From Azolla caroliniana (Eukaryota > Plantae > Polypodiophyta): DNA of 64,000 bases. Made by a program: the position numbers and the translations under genes. Position 1 is the stretch's first letter. Each line of letters starts with the position of its first letter. Shown piece after piece: positions 62,989 to 64,000 of the stretch. The notes under the pieces are model-generated. The model was not told where the DNA came from. It worked only from the letters and a program-made list of their open reading frames with translations, and made no database searches. Location: NCBI GenBank assembly GCA_043228905.1, contig JBHGNT010000001.1, positions 20,460,001-20,524,000 on the forward strand. The letters run 5' to 3'.

Positions 62989-64000
62989 TGTTGAGAGACA
63001 AGCTCAACATCAGCCAGATCGGCTGAGCAAGCCGAGGACCGGATCGGTTGGGACCGATCGGTTAGGCCGGATCGATGCGTAAAACGGATACGCAAACTGG
63101 TGCGTAACGAGAGGCCATATCGGTGCGTAAACCGAAAGGCCGTTAGAGAGACATTCCTCGTAAGGAATAGTTTTGGGAGTAAGTGTTGAGGCTCATTTAT
63201 GAGCAGTCAAGTACTGTTAGTACTTGTGTCAGCCCGATTGTCAGGGCTTGTATAAAAGGTGCTCACTGAGCACGATGTATGTATAGATCGAGTATTATTT
63301 TTGAATTAAATTCTTGTGTTTACTCTCTCTATCTGTCTCTCCCTTGTGTACTATGCAAACCTAAGCTTTCCATTAAACCTGTGTTTTCTGTTGTTCGGTT
63401 TCCTATATGGCTTCCGCATGCCATTCTTTACATGGTATTAGAGCGTGAGGGTTGAGAACCTCTGCAATCGACTTTGCTTGAAGGAAAAACCAACGAAGAA
63501 GAACAAGAAAACTGATGGACAGAGGAATGGCTAGCTCGCTTCTGACGGAGAAGCTCGACAGAACCAACTACGCATCTTGGTCCTACAAGATGCACCAGTA
63601 CCTCCTCAGACACGATTACTGGAGCTATGTTGATGGAGCAAATGACACAACACCCGACTCGATACACAAAGACTTCCCGATGTGGGAACAATCGGCGAGT
63701 AGAGTGTTGTACTGTTTCGCGTCTTGTGTGGGCGAACAGCTATTAAGCTACGTTTGGGATGCAAAAACGCCAAAGGGTGCGTGGGAAAATCTGAAGAAGA
63801 TCTTCGCCGCGAGCACCACAACCAGGAAGCTTCAGCTCTGACAGGAGTTGAGCAACCTATGACAACGCGATTTGTTGGTGGCTGACTATACCTCGAAGAT
63901 GAAGGACATATGTGACTCCTTAGCTTCCATTGATGTGAACATCAAGGAAAGCGAGATGGTCCAGTTCTATCTCTGTGGTCTGGCGTCAAATTTTGGAGCG
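62989..64000 (+). mobile_element. Copia family B element, 5' LTR-PBS-gag (runs off window end)
   Basis: LTR 62989-63432, PBS TGGTATTAGAGC 63433-63444, gag ORF 63515-63841. Confidence 0.92.

Overview
A gene-free, heterochromatin-like block of a land-plant nuclear genome (element types suggest a non-seed plant such as a fern; inference). It consists almost entirely of nested, decayed transposons. Boundaries were read by eye from TG...CA LTR termini, primer-binding sites (PBS), polypurine tracts (PPT) and target-site duplications (TSD). Contents: Ty1/Copia family A (Tnt1/Tork-like, tandem-repeat LTRs; one full-length copy at 5957-11767 and a three-LTR tandem at 29226-34135); Ty1/Copia family B (400-bp LTRs, duplicated PPT; full-length copy at 49611-55240); non-chromovirus Ty3/Gypsy elements C (22150-39708, with an extra 3' ORF) and E (40528-46002); a gag-only tRNA-Trp-primed LTR element D (14914-19500); a non-autonomous LTR element F (46008-49136); and a pogo/Tigger DNA transposon (27984-36539) carrying a 114-bp satellite. 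No intact host gene, rRNA, tRNA gene or CRISPR array was seen. The most striking observation concerns C and F, whose LTRs show no evident similarity beyond their termini. Both lack a PPT next to the 3' LTR and instead carry the same ~40-nt structured motif ending in a tRNA-Arg-like 3' end (TCCCAC(A/G)GG(C/T)GTGCCA), i.e. a second, inverted PBS. This suggests a PPT-independent, possibly tRNA-primed, plus-strand synthesis mechanism.
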